A stretch of 60,763 nucleotides of DNA, the filler included. It is 5 parts of 5 records of this genome, joined end to end, with 100 filler letters (N's around TTAATTAATTAA, not from the genome) between each part and the next. Parts side by side here need not be neighbours in the genome. Positions count along the whole stretch, not along the records: positions 14,464 to 22,242 come from DRR723986_6269; positions 22,343 to 29,588 come from DRR723986_6272; positions 29,689 to 60,763 come from DRR723986_6273; 2 more parts are not named here. One strand, 5' to 3'. The position numbers and the translations under genes are program-made. The notes under the pieces were generated by a model, which was given only the letters and a program-made list of their open reading frames with translations, did not search any database and was not told the origin of the DNA. This document shows, one piece after another, positions 20,126-31,615 of this stretch (positions are counted from its first letter, which is position 1; each line of letters opens with the position of its first letter).

Positions 20126-21208
20126 TTAGCGCACCTTTAGCGTCGCCAGCCCGATCATCGCCAAAATCAAGGCGATAATCCAAAAGCGGATCACGATCTG
20201 CGGCTCGGACCAGCCTTTTTTCTCGTAATGATGGTGAATGGGGGCCATCAAGAACACCCGCTTGCCGGTGCGTTTGAAATAAGCCACCTGAATGATCACG
20301 CTTAGCGCCTCGACCACAAACAAACCGCCCACGATGGCCAGCACGATCTCGTGTTTGGTGGCCACCGCAATTGCCCCCAACGCGCCGCCCAGCGCCAGGC
20401 TGCCCGTGTCGCCCATAAACACCGCCGCCGGCGGCGCATTATACCACAAAAACCCCAAACCACCGCCAATAAGACCGGCCACAAACACCAGCAATTCGCC
20501 CGTGCCCGGCACATAATGCACATCAAGATAGGTGGTAAAATCGACCCGCCCCACCGCATAGGCGATGATGCCAAAGGCGCCTGCGGCAATCATCACCGGC
20601 ATGATGGCCAGCCCATCCAACCCATCGGTCAGGTTTACGGCATTGGCCGAGCCGACGATCACGATCATGGCAAAGGGCACAAAAAGAAACCCCAAATACA
20701 GCAGCGCCTCTTTGAACACCGGAAAGGCCAGGTGGTTGCTCAAGGGCTCTGGGTGGTAGTGCGACGCCCAAAACCCCGCGATACCGGCAATCAAAAACCC
20801 CAAAGCCAGGCGCAGCTTGCCCGACACGCCTTTGGTGTTTTGCTTGGCTACCTTGGCATAATCATCGGCAAAGCCGATCAAACCATAGCCCACCGTCACA
20901 AACAGCACGATCCAAACAAACGGGTTATCCAGCCGCGCCCATAGCAGCGTGCTGGTCAGCAGCGCCCCCACAATCAGCAAGCCCCCCATCGTGGGCGTTC
21001 CGGCCTTGGCAAAATGCCCCTCGGGCCCGTCAGAGCGGATCGGCTGGCCCTTGCCCTGCTTGCGGCGCAAGACATTGATCAGGGGGCGGCCAAACAAAAA
21101 GCCAAACACCAGCGCCGTTAAAAACGCCCCGCCCGAGCGGAAGGTGATATAGCGGAACAGGTTGAATACATCCCCGCCGTCGGAAAGTTCAGTCAACCAA
21201 TAGAGCAT
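20126..21208 (-). CDS. mraY: phospho-MurNAc-pentapeptide transferase
   Basis: [35 protein letters not shown]. Start ATG 21208 (MLYWL). Confidence 0.96.
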   Translation of the reverse strand: MLYWLTELSDGGDVFNLFRYITFRSGGAFLTALVFGFLFGRPLINVLRRKQGKGQPIRSDGPEGHFAKAGTPTMGGLLIVGALLTSTLLWARLDNPFVWIVLFVTVGYGLIGFADDYAKVAKQNTKGVSGKLRLALGFLIAGIAGFWASHYHPEPLSNHLAFPVFKEALLYLGFLFVPFAMIVIVGSANAVNLTDGLDGLAIMPVMIAAGAFGIIAYAVGRVDFTTYLDVHYVPGTGELLVFVAGLIGGGLGFLWYNAPPAAVFMGDTGSLALGGALGAIAVATKHEIVLAIVGGLFVVEALSVIIQVAYFKRTGKRVFLMAPIHHHYEKKGWSEPQIVIRFWIIALILAMIGLATLKVR

Positions 21209-21212
21209 CGCT

Positions 21213-22242
21213 TTACACCTCGTGATCAGATTGCCGGGCGGCATGGCCCAGTTTGCGCAGCGCGTCAACTACCAGGCTGACACGCGACCCTTTCGAGCCC
21301 TTTACCAACACCACATCGCCCGCATCCACCAAGCGCGCGGCGCGCGCGGCCATCTCATCGGCGGCCTCGGTCCAGTCGCCACGCAGCGACAGCGGCAGCG
21401 CCTGATACAGCGCATGCATCCGCGGGCCCACGCAATGCACCCGGGTGATCTGGGCGAAACTTGGCAAATCGGCCAGGCCTGCATGCATCGCGGTTTCATC
21501 TGGCCCCAGCTCTAGCATATCACCCAAAATGGCGATGCGCCGCCCGCGGCTGTGGCGGCCCAGGCCATTTGCGGGCTGGGCATTGGCCAGCACCTCAAGG
21601 GCTGCCTGCATCGAGGCGGGATTAGCGTTGAAGGCATCATCGAGCAGTTCAAAGGCTGTCGCCTCGTCGGTCAGATCCAGGGCAACACGTTCGCGCGCGC
21701 CGCGCCCGGCGGGGGGCTGCCAGCGCCCCAAATCGCCAGCGGCGATCACCGGGTTCAGCCGCAGGGCATAAACCACAGCCATCACGCCCATGGCGTTGAC
21801 CGCAAAATGCCGGCCCGCGGCCTGCACCTTGAACAACAGCGGCCGCCGCCATGCCCGCCCCTGCACCACGGTGGTGGTGTCATGCAGCGTGATCTGCGTG
21901 GCGCGGTGGTGGCTGCGCGGGGCCTGGCCAAAGGTGAGCACCCGCGCACCATGCTGGCGGGCCACATTTTGCAAAATATCCGTGGTGGCAATATCGCCGT
22001 TCAGCACCGCCACGCCGCCCGGTTCCAGCCCTGCGGTGATGGCGGCCTTTTCATAGGCGATCCCGTCGATATTCTCGAAAGCTTCCAGATGGGCCGCCGC
22101 AACGGTTGTCACCATCGCCACATGCGGGCGCGCCATCTGCGACAGCGGGGCAATCTCGCCGGGGTGGTTCATGCCAATCTCGATCACCGCGAAATCGGCA
22201 TCGCGCGGCAGACGCGCCAGCGTCAGCGGCACGCCCCAGTGG
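21213..22242 (-). CDS. murF: UDP-MurNAc-tripeptide--D-Ala-D-Ala ligase, 5' truncated
   Basis: [34 protein letters not shown]. Confidence 0.95.
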
Positions 22243-22342
22243 NNNNNNNNNNNNNNNNNNNNNNNNNNNNNNNNNNNNNNNNNNNNTTAATTAATTAANN
22301 NNNNNNNNNNNNNNNNNNNNNNNNNNNNNNNNNNNNNNNNNN
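22243..22342. other. artificial contig linker
   Basis: 44 N + TTAATTAATTAA + 44 N. Confidence 0.98.
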
Positions 22343-22680
22343 CCCGCCATATCGCCCACAACGCCGCCGCCCAGGGCAACGAGTGTCGTTTTGCGGGTAT
22401 GTCGTTTTTCCAGAAGCGCGTCGAAAATGAGGTTGAGCGTCTGCCAATCCTTGAACCGCTCTCCATCGGGCAAGGTCACTACGTCAATGGCCTTGCCGGG
22501 AAAACAGCCTTTCACCTTTTCAAGATACAGGGGGCCAACGGTATCGTTAGTTACGATCATGACCTGCTGGCCTGCCACCCAGGGTGTCAGGTCAAACGAG
22601 CCCAGCAGCCCCTGCCCGATAATGATCGGATAGCTGCGTTCCCCGAGCTCAACCTTCAGCTCTCGAAGTATCTTGTGCAT
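22343..22680 (-). CDS. aroB: 3-dehydroquinate synthase, 3' truncated
   Basis: [23 protein letters not shown]; downstream of aroK. Confidence 0.93.
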
Positions 22681-23239
22681 TATGCCTGCCCTCTTTCCGC
22701 CACTGTCTTCTGTGGCGGGGCGTTTTAGGATTGATTCGGTTCACCAGTTGCCGAACCACAAGACGGGGGCTTTTACGATCGGTAAACATAACGATATCCG
22801 CCAACTCGGTATAGAGCGGGTCCCGAATCGCAAACAGCCTGCGCAACACGCCTTCCGGATCGTCGTTCTGCAACAACGGTCGGTTCCTGTCCTTACGTGT
22901 GCGCTCAATCTGTTGGTCTATGGACGTTTTGAGGTAAACCACCACAGCGTTCTTTTTCAGCAATCCGTGATTTTCAGCACGCATGACGGCACCGCCCCCG
23001 GTCGCCAGCACCGTGCCCACCTCATTGGACACCTCGTCAAGCATTGAGGTTTCACGCTGACGAAAACCGTCCTCACCTTCAACATCGAAGATCCAGGGAA
23101 TATTGGCACCACATCGCTCTTCGATAATCCGGTCCGAGTCCAGGAATCGATAGCCGAGCTCCCTGGCCAGCAACCGGCCAATGGTGCTTTTTCCAGCCCC
23201 CATGGGCCCAACCAGAACAACACGTTTGGGCAAAGACAT
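22649..23239 (-). CDS. aroK: shikimate kinase
   Basis: [10 protein letters not shown]-loop, [18 protein letters not shown]. Confidence 0.95.
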   Translation of the reverse strand: MSLPKRVVLVGPMGAGKSTIGRLLARELGYRFLDSDRIIEERCGANIPWIFDVEGEDGFRQRETSMLDEVSNEVGTVLATGGGAVMRAENHGLLKKNAVVVYLKTSIDQQIERTRKDRNRPLLQNDDPEGVLRRLFAIRDPLYTELADIVMFTDRKSPRLVVRQLVNRINPKTPRHRRQWRKEGRHNAQDTSRAEG

Positions 23240-23330
23240 AATTTCCGCTCAACAGGTTTCAGGCGGGTGAGAATAGCACAAGGACCGGCAATCCATAAGC
23301 GGCTCGGTATCGGGCAACAGGCCCGGAACA

Positions 23331-23365
23331 AAAAAACCGCCGGGGTTACCCGGCGGTTTTTTTTT
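23331..23365 (-). terminator. intrinsic terminator after pilQ
   Basis: AAAAAACCGCCGGG-GTTA-CCCGGCGGTTTTTT perfect stem with A/T tracts. Confidence 0.85.
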
Positions 23366-23378
23366 ACTTACACCACTC

Positions 23379-25490
23379 TTACTGCAAGATATCGTTCTTG
23401 ATGATCTTTGGTGTAATAAAGATCAACAGCTCGCTACGCTCATCGATTTGCTCTGTGCGCTTGAACAGCCGTCCTAGATAGGGAATATCTCCCAGGAACG
23501 GCGTTTTGGTTGTCTGGGTTGATACTTCTGACTGAAAGATGCCCCCCAGAACGACTGTCTCACCATTGGCAACCAGAACTTGGGTTGTAACTGAGTTGGT
23601 GTTGATAGAAGGAATACCTGCTGTTACCTCGCCACGGGAGTCCTGATTTACAACAAGATCCATAATAATCTTATCATCAGGGGTGATTTGCGGCGTCACC
23701 TCAAGAGACAAAACAGCCTCTTTGAATTCGATATTGGTTGCACCACTGGACGTCGCTTCCTGATAGGGGATTTCCTCACCCGATTTAATAGAGGCGGTTT
23801 GACGGTCCGCCGTCACGACTCGCGGCTGAGAAACCACTTCTGCCCTGCCGTCACTTTCAAGCGCCGAAAGCTCAAGATCGACCAAGAAATCATCACTGCC
23901 CCAACCGATGGCAAAAGAAGATGCTCCTTCTCCGCTTACTCCAAGATCTACCCCCAATGCACCAGGGAATGTAATAGTGTTGCTACCTCCAGAAGCCGCA
24001 TCTCTCGCCTCTTGCAATGTGCCAAGCGAGCCCCCAATACTTATAACATCATCCCCATCGACGTTATAGGCAGCACCACCCCAGCGCACACCTAGGTTTT
24101 CAGCGACATTGGTTTGGGCTCGCACAATTCTCGCCTCAATGGAAACTTGGCGGACAGGAACATCCCAGGTGGACACAAGGCGCCGAATCTCTTCCAGTTT
24201 GTCGGCCGTTTCACGAATAGTAATAGTGTTCGTGCGCTTGTCAGAAGACACGAATCCACGGGAGGAAATCAACTCAGCGTCCGCTTTGATCAGATTAACG
24301 ATCTCATCGGCCTTTGCATAATTTACCTGGATGATATCCAATCGAACCGGAGCCAGCTCTGCAATCTGCTTGTTGGTTTCGAGCTCCAGCTTCTCCCGGG
24401 CGGCAATCTCTTCTGCTGGCGCAACCAGCAGAACGTTCCCAATCTGGCGCTTATCCAGCCCCTTCGTCTTGAGAATAAGGTCCAGAGCCTGATCCCAGGG
24501 GACATTTTGTAGCCGCAAAGTGATACTTCCGCCTACCGTATCGCTAGCGACCAAGTTCAAGCCAGTGAAATCGGCAATCAACTGCAACACTGATCGAACT
24601 TCAATATCCTGAAAGTTGAGGGAGAGTTTCTCACCGGTGTATGGGAACTTCTCTTCGCGGCGAGCATCGGCCTCCTCCTGAGTCAGCGCTTCGACACTGA
24701 CAGTAAACTCGCGACCAGACTGATAGGCGATATAGTCATAATCACCCTGCGGTCGGATCTCGACCACCGCATTACCATCCTCCACGAAAGTATCGATACG
24801 AGTTACCGGCGTAGCGAAATCCGTTACATCGAGACGACGACGCAAATCAGCCGGAACCTGAAGGTCAGGCATTGTCAACCGAATTCGGCCGCCCAACTCA
24901 TTTAGATTTACGGTTGCGGTATTGCTGCCGAGATCAACAATAACCCGACCTTCACCCTCTTTACCACGACGGAAATCGACGCCGGCCAGCCCACTTGATG
25001 ATACCGACGCGGCAGTTGTCGTGCGCTTAGCAGGCTGCGAATGATCAGCAACGGCATCGGGCTCACCACCAATGGTCATCACCAGCGAATTATTGGTGCG
25101 CACGGTATCATGGGGCACCAACTCCACGAGATTAAAGATCAAACGGGTGCGATCTTTAGTTTCGACCACGGTCACACTTTGAGCGTTGCCGGTGCCCAGC
25201 GGAATACTGCGCTGGTTCAAGGCACTGGCGGTGTCCTTCAGATCCACCGCAATCCTGGCCGGCCGCTCAATGGTATAGCCTGCTGGCTCCGGCGGCGCAC
25301 CATCAAACTGCATAGTGACTTCAAGCCGTTCGCCCGGCAGCGACGAAAACGACAAGTCCTGCAGCGTGACCGCGCTGGCCAGGCCGCTCCATAACCCGAT
25401 GGCAATCACGCCTACGCAGACATTGAGTTTTTTGAACATCGCTAGCCTCGACCCTAAACCTGTTTGTTCGTGCATGTTTCTTGAGTTCAT
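23379..25490 (-). CDS. pilQ: type IV pilus secretin
   Basis: AMIN-type domains, YTGEKLSLNFQ, VPWDQALD, secretin C-terminus (PFLGDIPYLGRLF, ELLIFITP). True start may be 25439. Confidence 0.95.
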   Translation of the reverse strand: MNSRNMHEQTGLGSRLAMFKKLNVCVGVIAIGLWSGLASAVTLQDLSFSSLPGERLEVTMQFDGAPPEPAGYTIERPARIAVDLKDTASALNQRSIPLGTGNAQSVTVVETKDRTRLIFNLVELVPHDTVRTNNSLVMTIGGEPDAVADHSQPAKRTTTAASVSSSGLAGVDFRRGKEGEGRVIVDLGSNTATVNLNELGGRIRLTMPDLQVPADLRRRLDVTDFATPVTRIDTFVEDGNAVVEIRPQGDYDYIAYQSGREFTVSVEALTQEEADARREEKFPYTGEKLSLNFQDIEVRSVLQLIADFTGLNLVASDTVGGSITLRLQNVPWDQALDLILKTKGLDKRQIGNVLLVAPAEEIAAREKLELETNKQIAELAPVRLDIIQVNYAKADEIVNLIKADAELISSRGFVSSDKRTNTITIRETADKLEEIRRLVSTWDVPVRQVSIEARIVRAQTNVAENLGVRWGGAAYNVDGDDVISIGGSLGTLQEARDAASGGSNTITFPGALGVDLGVSGEGASSFAIGWGSDDFLVDLELSALESDGRAEVVSQPRVVTADRQTASIKSGEEIPYQEATSSGATNIEFKEAVLSLEVTPQITPDDKIIMDLVVNQDSRGEVTAGIPSINTNSVTTQVLVANGETVVLGGIFQSEVSTQTTKTPFLGDIPYLGRLFKRTEQIDERSELLIFITPKIIKNDILQ

Positions 25491-25504
25491 ATCCCTACCG
25501 CTCC

Positions 25505-26053
25505 TCAGCCTTCATCCAAAGACAGGGAGCGCGGGCGTTCCACCCAACCACCCCGGCCATTCGGAACGATTTCAATCAGTTCAATGCGGGTTTCACTGAC
25601 GCCCACAATACGACCATAGTTCTGCCCCATGTAGTTACCCACACGCACCCGATGGATACCGCCAGCCTCATCTCGAACCAAGGCAAACAAATTTCCCTCA
25701 ACTCCTTGTAGCGTTCCCACCATGGCCAATGTCTTCAGATCAAAATTTTCAAGAACCTCTTTGGGGCGATCCAGATCTGGCTCGACATCACTTATCGGCT
25801 GCTCATTTACCATCGTCAACTGAACATCCACCGGCGGCTCAAAGGGTGCCCGGCGATCGGCCGCCGAATAACTGAAGGCCTCGTAGGCCTTAAACTCAGG
25901 CAAGGGTTCCACGTGCCCCCGGGGCTTGGCCCGGGTATCCGACATGAACTTGTCCAGATCCGAGAAACCGTTCCCTTGGGAACAAGCCGTCAGCAACGAA
26001 GCTAGACACACACCCAGCCAGGCTCTTCCCGCATGCTTTCCTGCCATGCTCAT
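25505..26053 (-). CDS. pilP: type IV pilus lipoprotein PilP
   Basis: Lipobox LTAC, RRAPF, VGNYMGQNYG. Confidence 0.93.
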   Translation of the reverse strand: MSMAGKHAGRAWLGVCLASLLTACSQGNGFSDLDKFMSDTRAKPRGHVEPLPEFKAYEAFSYSAADRRAPFEPPVDVQLTMVNEQPISDVEPDLDRPKEVLENFDLKTLAMVGTLQGVEGNLFALVRDEAGGIHRVRVGNYMGQNYGRIVGVSETRIELIEIVPNGRGGWVERPRSLSLDEG

Positions 26054-26661
26054 TCTCCAGCCCGGTAGCGGTAGGTGCGGGCAACCACTTGCATGTCAAG
26101 CTGGTCCCCGTCTCCGCCAATTGGTTTGATGGTTAGATCGTGCAGCGTCACGATACGAGGGAGGCTCGCCACGCTGCTCACGAACGAGGCCAGCTCATGA
26201 TATGAACCTGATACCCGAATATTAATGGGGAGTTCGGAATAGAAATCACGCTGCTGCTCAGGCTGCAATGCGATTTCTTGCAATGCCAATCCACTACCTA
26301 GAGCGGTATTGGTGATATCTTCCAGCAAACCCGGCACCTCTGTCTCACTGGGCAACTGACGCACCAAAGCACCAAAGGTTTGCTCCATCTCCTCCATCTG
26401 AGCTTTGAAGACATCCAAATTTGCCACTTGATATGCTTTCTGCTCGTAGCGCTGCTTTAGCTCCTGCTCCTGTGCTTCTACCCGTTCAAGCTGCGCATAC
26501 TGGTCCTTTATAAAGAACCAGTATCCACCTCCAAGAATCAGACCAAAGACAATCAATGCCACAATGGCCTTTACCGGCGCGGGCCAAATACCAGCATTGT
26601 TGAGATCAAGATCATTGATATCGAACTCGTTAAGACTTTTCAGAGAGTCTGCGAGGCTCAT
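26050..26661 (-). CDS. pilO: type IV pilus assembly protein PilO
   Basis: One TM segment, LVRQLPSETEVPGLL, GSYHELASF, LPRIVT. Confidence 0.93.
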   Translation of the reverse strand: MSLADSLKSLNEFDINDLDLNNAGIWPAPVKAIVALIVFGLILGGGYWFFIKDQYAQLERVEAQEQELKQRYEQKAYQVANLDVFKAQMEEMEQTFGALVRQLPSETEVPGLLEDITNTALGSGLALQEIALQPEQQRDFYSELPINIRVSGSYHELASFVSSVASLPRIVTLHDLTIKPIGGDGDQLDMQVVARTYRYRAGE

Positions 26662-27223
26662 CAGTTATCCTCCGCTTCGAGCTCTGGTGTCCGCTGCTGG
26701 ACAGAGAGATTGAATTGACTGTATCCGGCGCGAGCACTGTCCGCAGCGGCCACGTTGGTTAGATTCGGGTTGGCAAACCACTCGGAATCTTCAAACTGAC
26801 GCATCAGGTTTGAGATGCGACTGTTAGACTCAGCCATCCCGACAATATCAAGTCGATCACCCGCTTTTTTGAGATCGGTGTAGTAAAGCCCATCCGGGAG
26901 AGTCCTCACCAATTCATCGAACACCCGCACAATCACCGGTCGCTTACCCTGAAGATCCTGAATCACCTGCATGCGTGCCAACAATTCATCGCGCTGACGC
27001 TTGAGGTTTTCAATCTCCTTGATCTGCTTGTCCAGCTCTTTGGTTGCAGTCTCAATATAGGCATTACGGGATTGCTGATAGGCAATCCGGCTGTCCATAT
27101 CCGATTTCCAGAGGAAAGCCAGGCCACCCGCGATAATCACGGCGCCCAGTATCATCACAACAAACTGTTTCTGCTTCTCGGCGCGAAGCTCTTCCCGCCA
27201 GGGTCTGAGGTTAATCTTTGCCA

Positions 27224-27224
<1 letters not shown>
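26661..27224 (-). CDS. pilN: type IV pilus assembly protein PilN
   Basis: INLRPWRE motif, TM segment, coiled coil. Confidence 0.93.
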
Positions 27225-28297
<1,073 letters not shown>

Positions 28298-28525
28298 CTA
28301 TACCTGGTTAAATGCACCCGGCGTTGGAACCCCTGAACCACTCCCTGTAAAGGCGATCATTTCAGAGGCGTTCTATGTGTTTTTTATGTAAGAGAATTTC
28401 TTATTTATTCCGTCTACAATGCAATCTCTCGAATTTCGGGAGACATTGCAGACGGCGAGGCGACCGAACCTTCCTAAAGCAATTTCTCAAATAATAGACC
28501 TATATCCAACAGTTGTCAGAAAAAA

Positions 28526-29588
28526 ATGTCTCATTTGTTGCGTACATCTCGCGTTTTTGCCTGGTTCTTTCTTACCGGCCTGAGTGTCGCCATTATTATT
28601 TCCTCAAGCCTGTATCTCTATCTTCGGCCCAATCTGCCACCGGTCGAGCAATTGCTGGATGTCCGGCTGCAGACGCCGCTTCGGGTGTATAGCAAAGACA
28701 ACAGATTAATAGCAGAATTCGGTGAAAAGAGAAGGGCACCGGTCACAATAGAACAGATCCCTACAATTCAGTTACAAGCCTTCCTGGCAGCGGAAGACGC
28801 GCGGTTTTACGAGCACTTCGGAGTCGACATTAAAGGCCTGACGCGGGCTGCAGTGGAACTGATCACCACCGGAGAAATCCAGTCTGGCGGCAGTACCATC
28901 ACCATGCAGGTTGCAAAAAATTACTTTTTGTCACGCGACCGGACCTTCATACGAAAGTTCAACGAGATACTGCTGGCTCTTCAGATTGAACGTGAACTGG
29001 ATAAAAACAGGATTCTTGAGCTCTATCTGAACAAGATCTACCTCGGCAACCGGGCCTATGGAATCGCGGCTGCCGCCCAGGTTTACTACGACAAACCGGT
29101 GACAGAACTGTCACTGGCCCAGATGGCAATGTTGGCCGGCCTCCCCAAAGCCCCCTCTGCATACAACCCCCTGGCAAATCCCGAGCGAGCCCTGATTCGC
29201 CGTAACTGGATTCTCGGCAGGATGAAAGACCTGGGCTACATCACCGAAGACGCCTGGTCTCTGGCCAGCAAAGCACCGCTGACCGCCAGCTATAACACTC
29301 GTGACGCCGAAGTGGATGCCGACTATGTGGCCGAGATGGCCCGGGCCGAAATGGTTCGCCGCTACGGAGAGAATACTTACACCGATGGCTACAGCGTGAC
29401 CCTGACCGTCGACAGCGACAAGCAACAAACCGCTACCGAAGCCCTGAGGGCAGGCCTCGAAGCCTATGACCGCCGGCACGGTTTCCGGGGCCCCATCGGA
29501 CAGTTCGACATTGAAGGTCTGACCCCGGCCGAACTGTCGGACAAGATGCAGAACTACCCGCGGGTTGAAACGCTGGTGCCAGCCGTTG
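28526..29588 (+). CDS. mrcA: penicillin-binding protein 1A, 3' truncated
   Basis: Transglycosylase motifs AEDARFYEH, GGSTITMQ, RKFNE, YLN; divergent from pilM as usual. Confidence 0.93.
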
Positions 29589-29688
29589 NNNNNNNNNNNN
29601 NNNNNNNNNNNNNNNNNNNNNNNNNNNNNNNNTTAATTAATTAANNNNNNNNNNNNNNNNNNNNNNNNNNNNNNNNNNNNNNNNNNNN
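29589..29688. other. artificial contig linker
   Basis: 44 N + TTAATTAATTAA + 44 N. Confidence 0.98.
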
Positions 29689-30560
29689 TTTGGGGAATAA
29701 CAGGGATTCTAGGAGATGAAATCAATCTATCTGCAGATAAAATCACCTTTTTTAGGACACTCATTTCCCTATTTTCATTGGTGTTGGTAGGAATCTTTTT
29801 AAAAAAATCTTCTCAAATAACTCCTAAACAAATTGCCCAAATTACTGCGACAGGAGTAGTTGTTGGATTACATTGGTTCTGCTTTTTTTATTCGATTAAA
29901 CTAAGTACAGTTTCAATTGGTGTTGTTTGTATGTCAAGTTCAACCTTATTTACTTCGATTATAGAACCCATCATTTTTAAACGGAAGTTTTTAATCTCAG
30001 AATTGTTATTGAGTTTGTGCATTATCGGGGGTATTCTGATCATCTTTGGTTTCGAAAGTCAGTACTATTGGGGCATCTGCTTTGGATTATTGGCGGCTTT
30101 ATTTGCCGCATTATTTACGGTTATAAATGGTCGATTTATTACCAAAGTGTCTTCATTCAACATAACGAAATATGAAATGCTCGGAGGCTCCATAACACTC
30201 TTTATAATTTTATTGTTTAGCGGAAAAGTGGATAGTAATTTATTTACAGTACCGGCACTTGATTGGTTGTACCTGATAATTTTAGGTATAGTTTGCACTA
30301 CTATGGCTTTTATGGTATCTGTCTGGGTAATGAAACATGTTACACCTTTTACGGTGAGCATGAGTGTGAATATGGAGCCAATTTATACGATCATCATTGC
30401 CCTCATAATTGCAATGTATAGGGGCACAGACAAAGAACAAATGAGTTCTGGGTTTTATGTTGGCGGTAGTGTAATTCTCTTGTCTATATTTACCAATGCG
30501 TATTTAAAAAAGCGTTCAAAGTCAAAAATTGCCAAGGAAAAACAGACTTTGAGCACGTAA
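29689..30560 (+). CDS. DMT/EamA family transporter, 5' truncated
   Basis: Frame open from the contig edge (WGITGILG..FFR); LHWFCFFYSIK, NMEPIY; many TM segments. Confidence 0.88.
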
Positions 30561-30608
30561 TTAGCTTATTTATTATTAAATTGAAAGCTCGATAAATTCT
30601 AAAATCGA

Positions 30609-30616
30609 TAACTTTG
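30609..30616 (+). promoter_or_regulatory. Bacteroidota -7 promoter box
   Basis: TAACTTTG matches TAnnTTTG, 33 nt before the usp start. Confidence 0.6.
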
Positions 30617-30649
30617 CAAAAAAAATAAAACCTAGTAAACCATTATCAA

Positions 30650-31480
30650 ATGAAGAAGAAACTAATTGTACCTTACGACTTTACAGAAGTAGCTGACAAT
30701 GCGATACATCATGCATTAGTTACTGCGAAAGTAGTAGATGCTGAAGTACACATCTTGCACGTTGTTGCCAAGAATGATGAAATAAAAGAAGCTAAAGCAA
30801 AAATTGAAGCTTCAACGAGCGCGGCAAAAGCCTCTTCTAAAGCTCCAGAAGTTGAATTAATTAATCACGTAAGAGTTGGAAATATTTTTGATGATATTGC
30901 AGATTTTGCCGTAGAAATTGGAGCTGAACTTATTTTCATGGGGACGCATGGAGCCACTGGATGGCAGCACATTACTGGTTCTCACGCATTAAAAGTGGTA
31001 ACTAGTTCGCCTGCACCATTTGTAATCGTACAAGAAAATGATATTAACGAATCAGGTTATGATGATATCGTTGTTCCTTTAGATTTACACAAAGAAACAA
31101 AGCAAAAATTAACGTTAGTAGCGAATATTGCTCAATACTTTGATTCTAGAGTGCACGTAATTATTCCAGATGAGTCAGATGAATTCTTGAAGCACACAGT
31201 GAAAGCAAATATTGTTTTCGCGAACAAATTCTTTAGCGAAAGAGGAATTGAAGTAACAACAACTTTAGCTGATTCTTCAGGATTTGATAAAGAAGTAGTT
31301 AAACATGCAGTGAAAGTAGATGCCGATTTAATTGCCATCATGAATCTTCAAAAAAATCAACTGTTAGGATTGTTTGGATCTAACCATGAGCAATATATGA
31401 TTACCAATGAGGCTCAAATTCCAGTATTAATTGTTAACCCAATTGATGCAACGAATTCATATCAAACTATTTTTACTTGA
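30650..31480 (+). CDS. universal stress protein, tandem Usp domains
   Basis: LIVPYDFT, LIFMGTHG..TGS, second domain IVVPLD..PVLIV. Confidence 0.9.
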   Translation: MKKKLIVPYDFTEVADNAIHHALVTAKVVDAEVHILHVVAKNDEIKEAKAKIEASTSAAKASSKAPEVELINHVRVGNIFDDIADFAVEIGAELIFMGTHGATGWQHITGSHALKVVTSSPAPFVIVQENDINESGYDDIVVPLDLHKETKQKLTLVANIAQYFDSRVHVIIPDESDEFLKHTVKANIVFANKFFSERGIEVTTTLADSSGFDKEVVKHAVKVDADLIAIMNLQKNQLLGLFGSNHEQYMITNEAQIPVLIVNPIDATNSYQTIFT

Positions 31481-31497
31481 TTTGAGACGAACATTAT

Positions 31498-31533
31498 AAA
31501 AAAAAGCCCCTTCAGTTTTGAAGGGGCTTTTTT
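31498..31533. terminator. bidirectional intrinsic terminator
   Basis: AAAAAAGCCCCTTCA-GTTT-TGAAGGGGCTTTTTT between convergent genes. Confidence 0.88.
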
Positions 31534-31615
31534 GTTGTCTAAATCTCTTCTACTGATCTGTGATAGGCAATTACATTAGGGTAGGACCAAAATTTGATTG
31601 GATAAAAGTCTCTCG

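Noticed and set aside
18620-20140. 506-aa plus-strand ORF
   Set aside because: Antisense shadow of murD.
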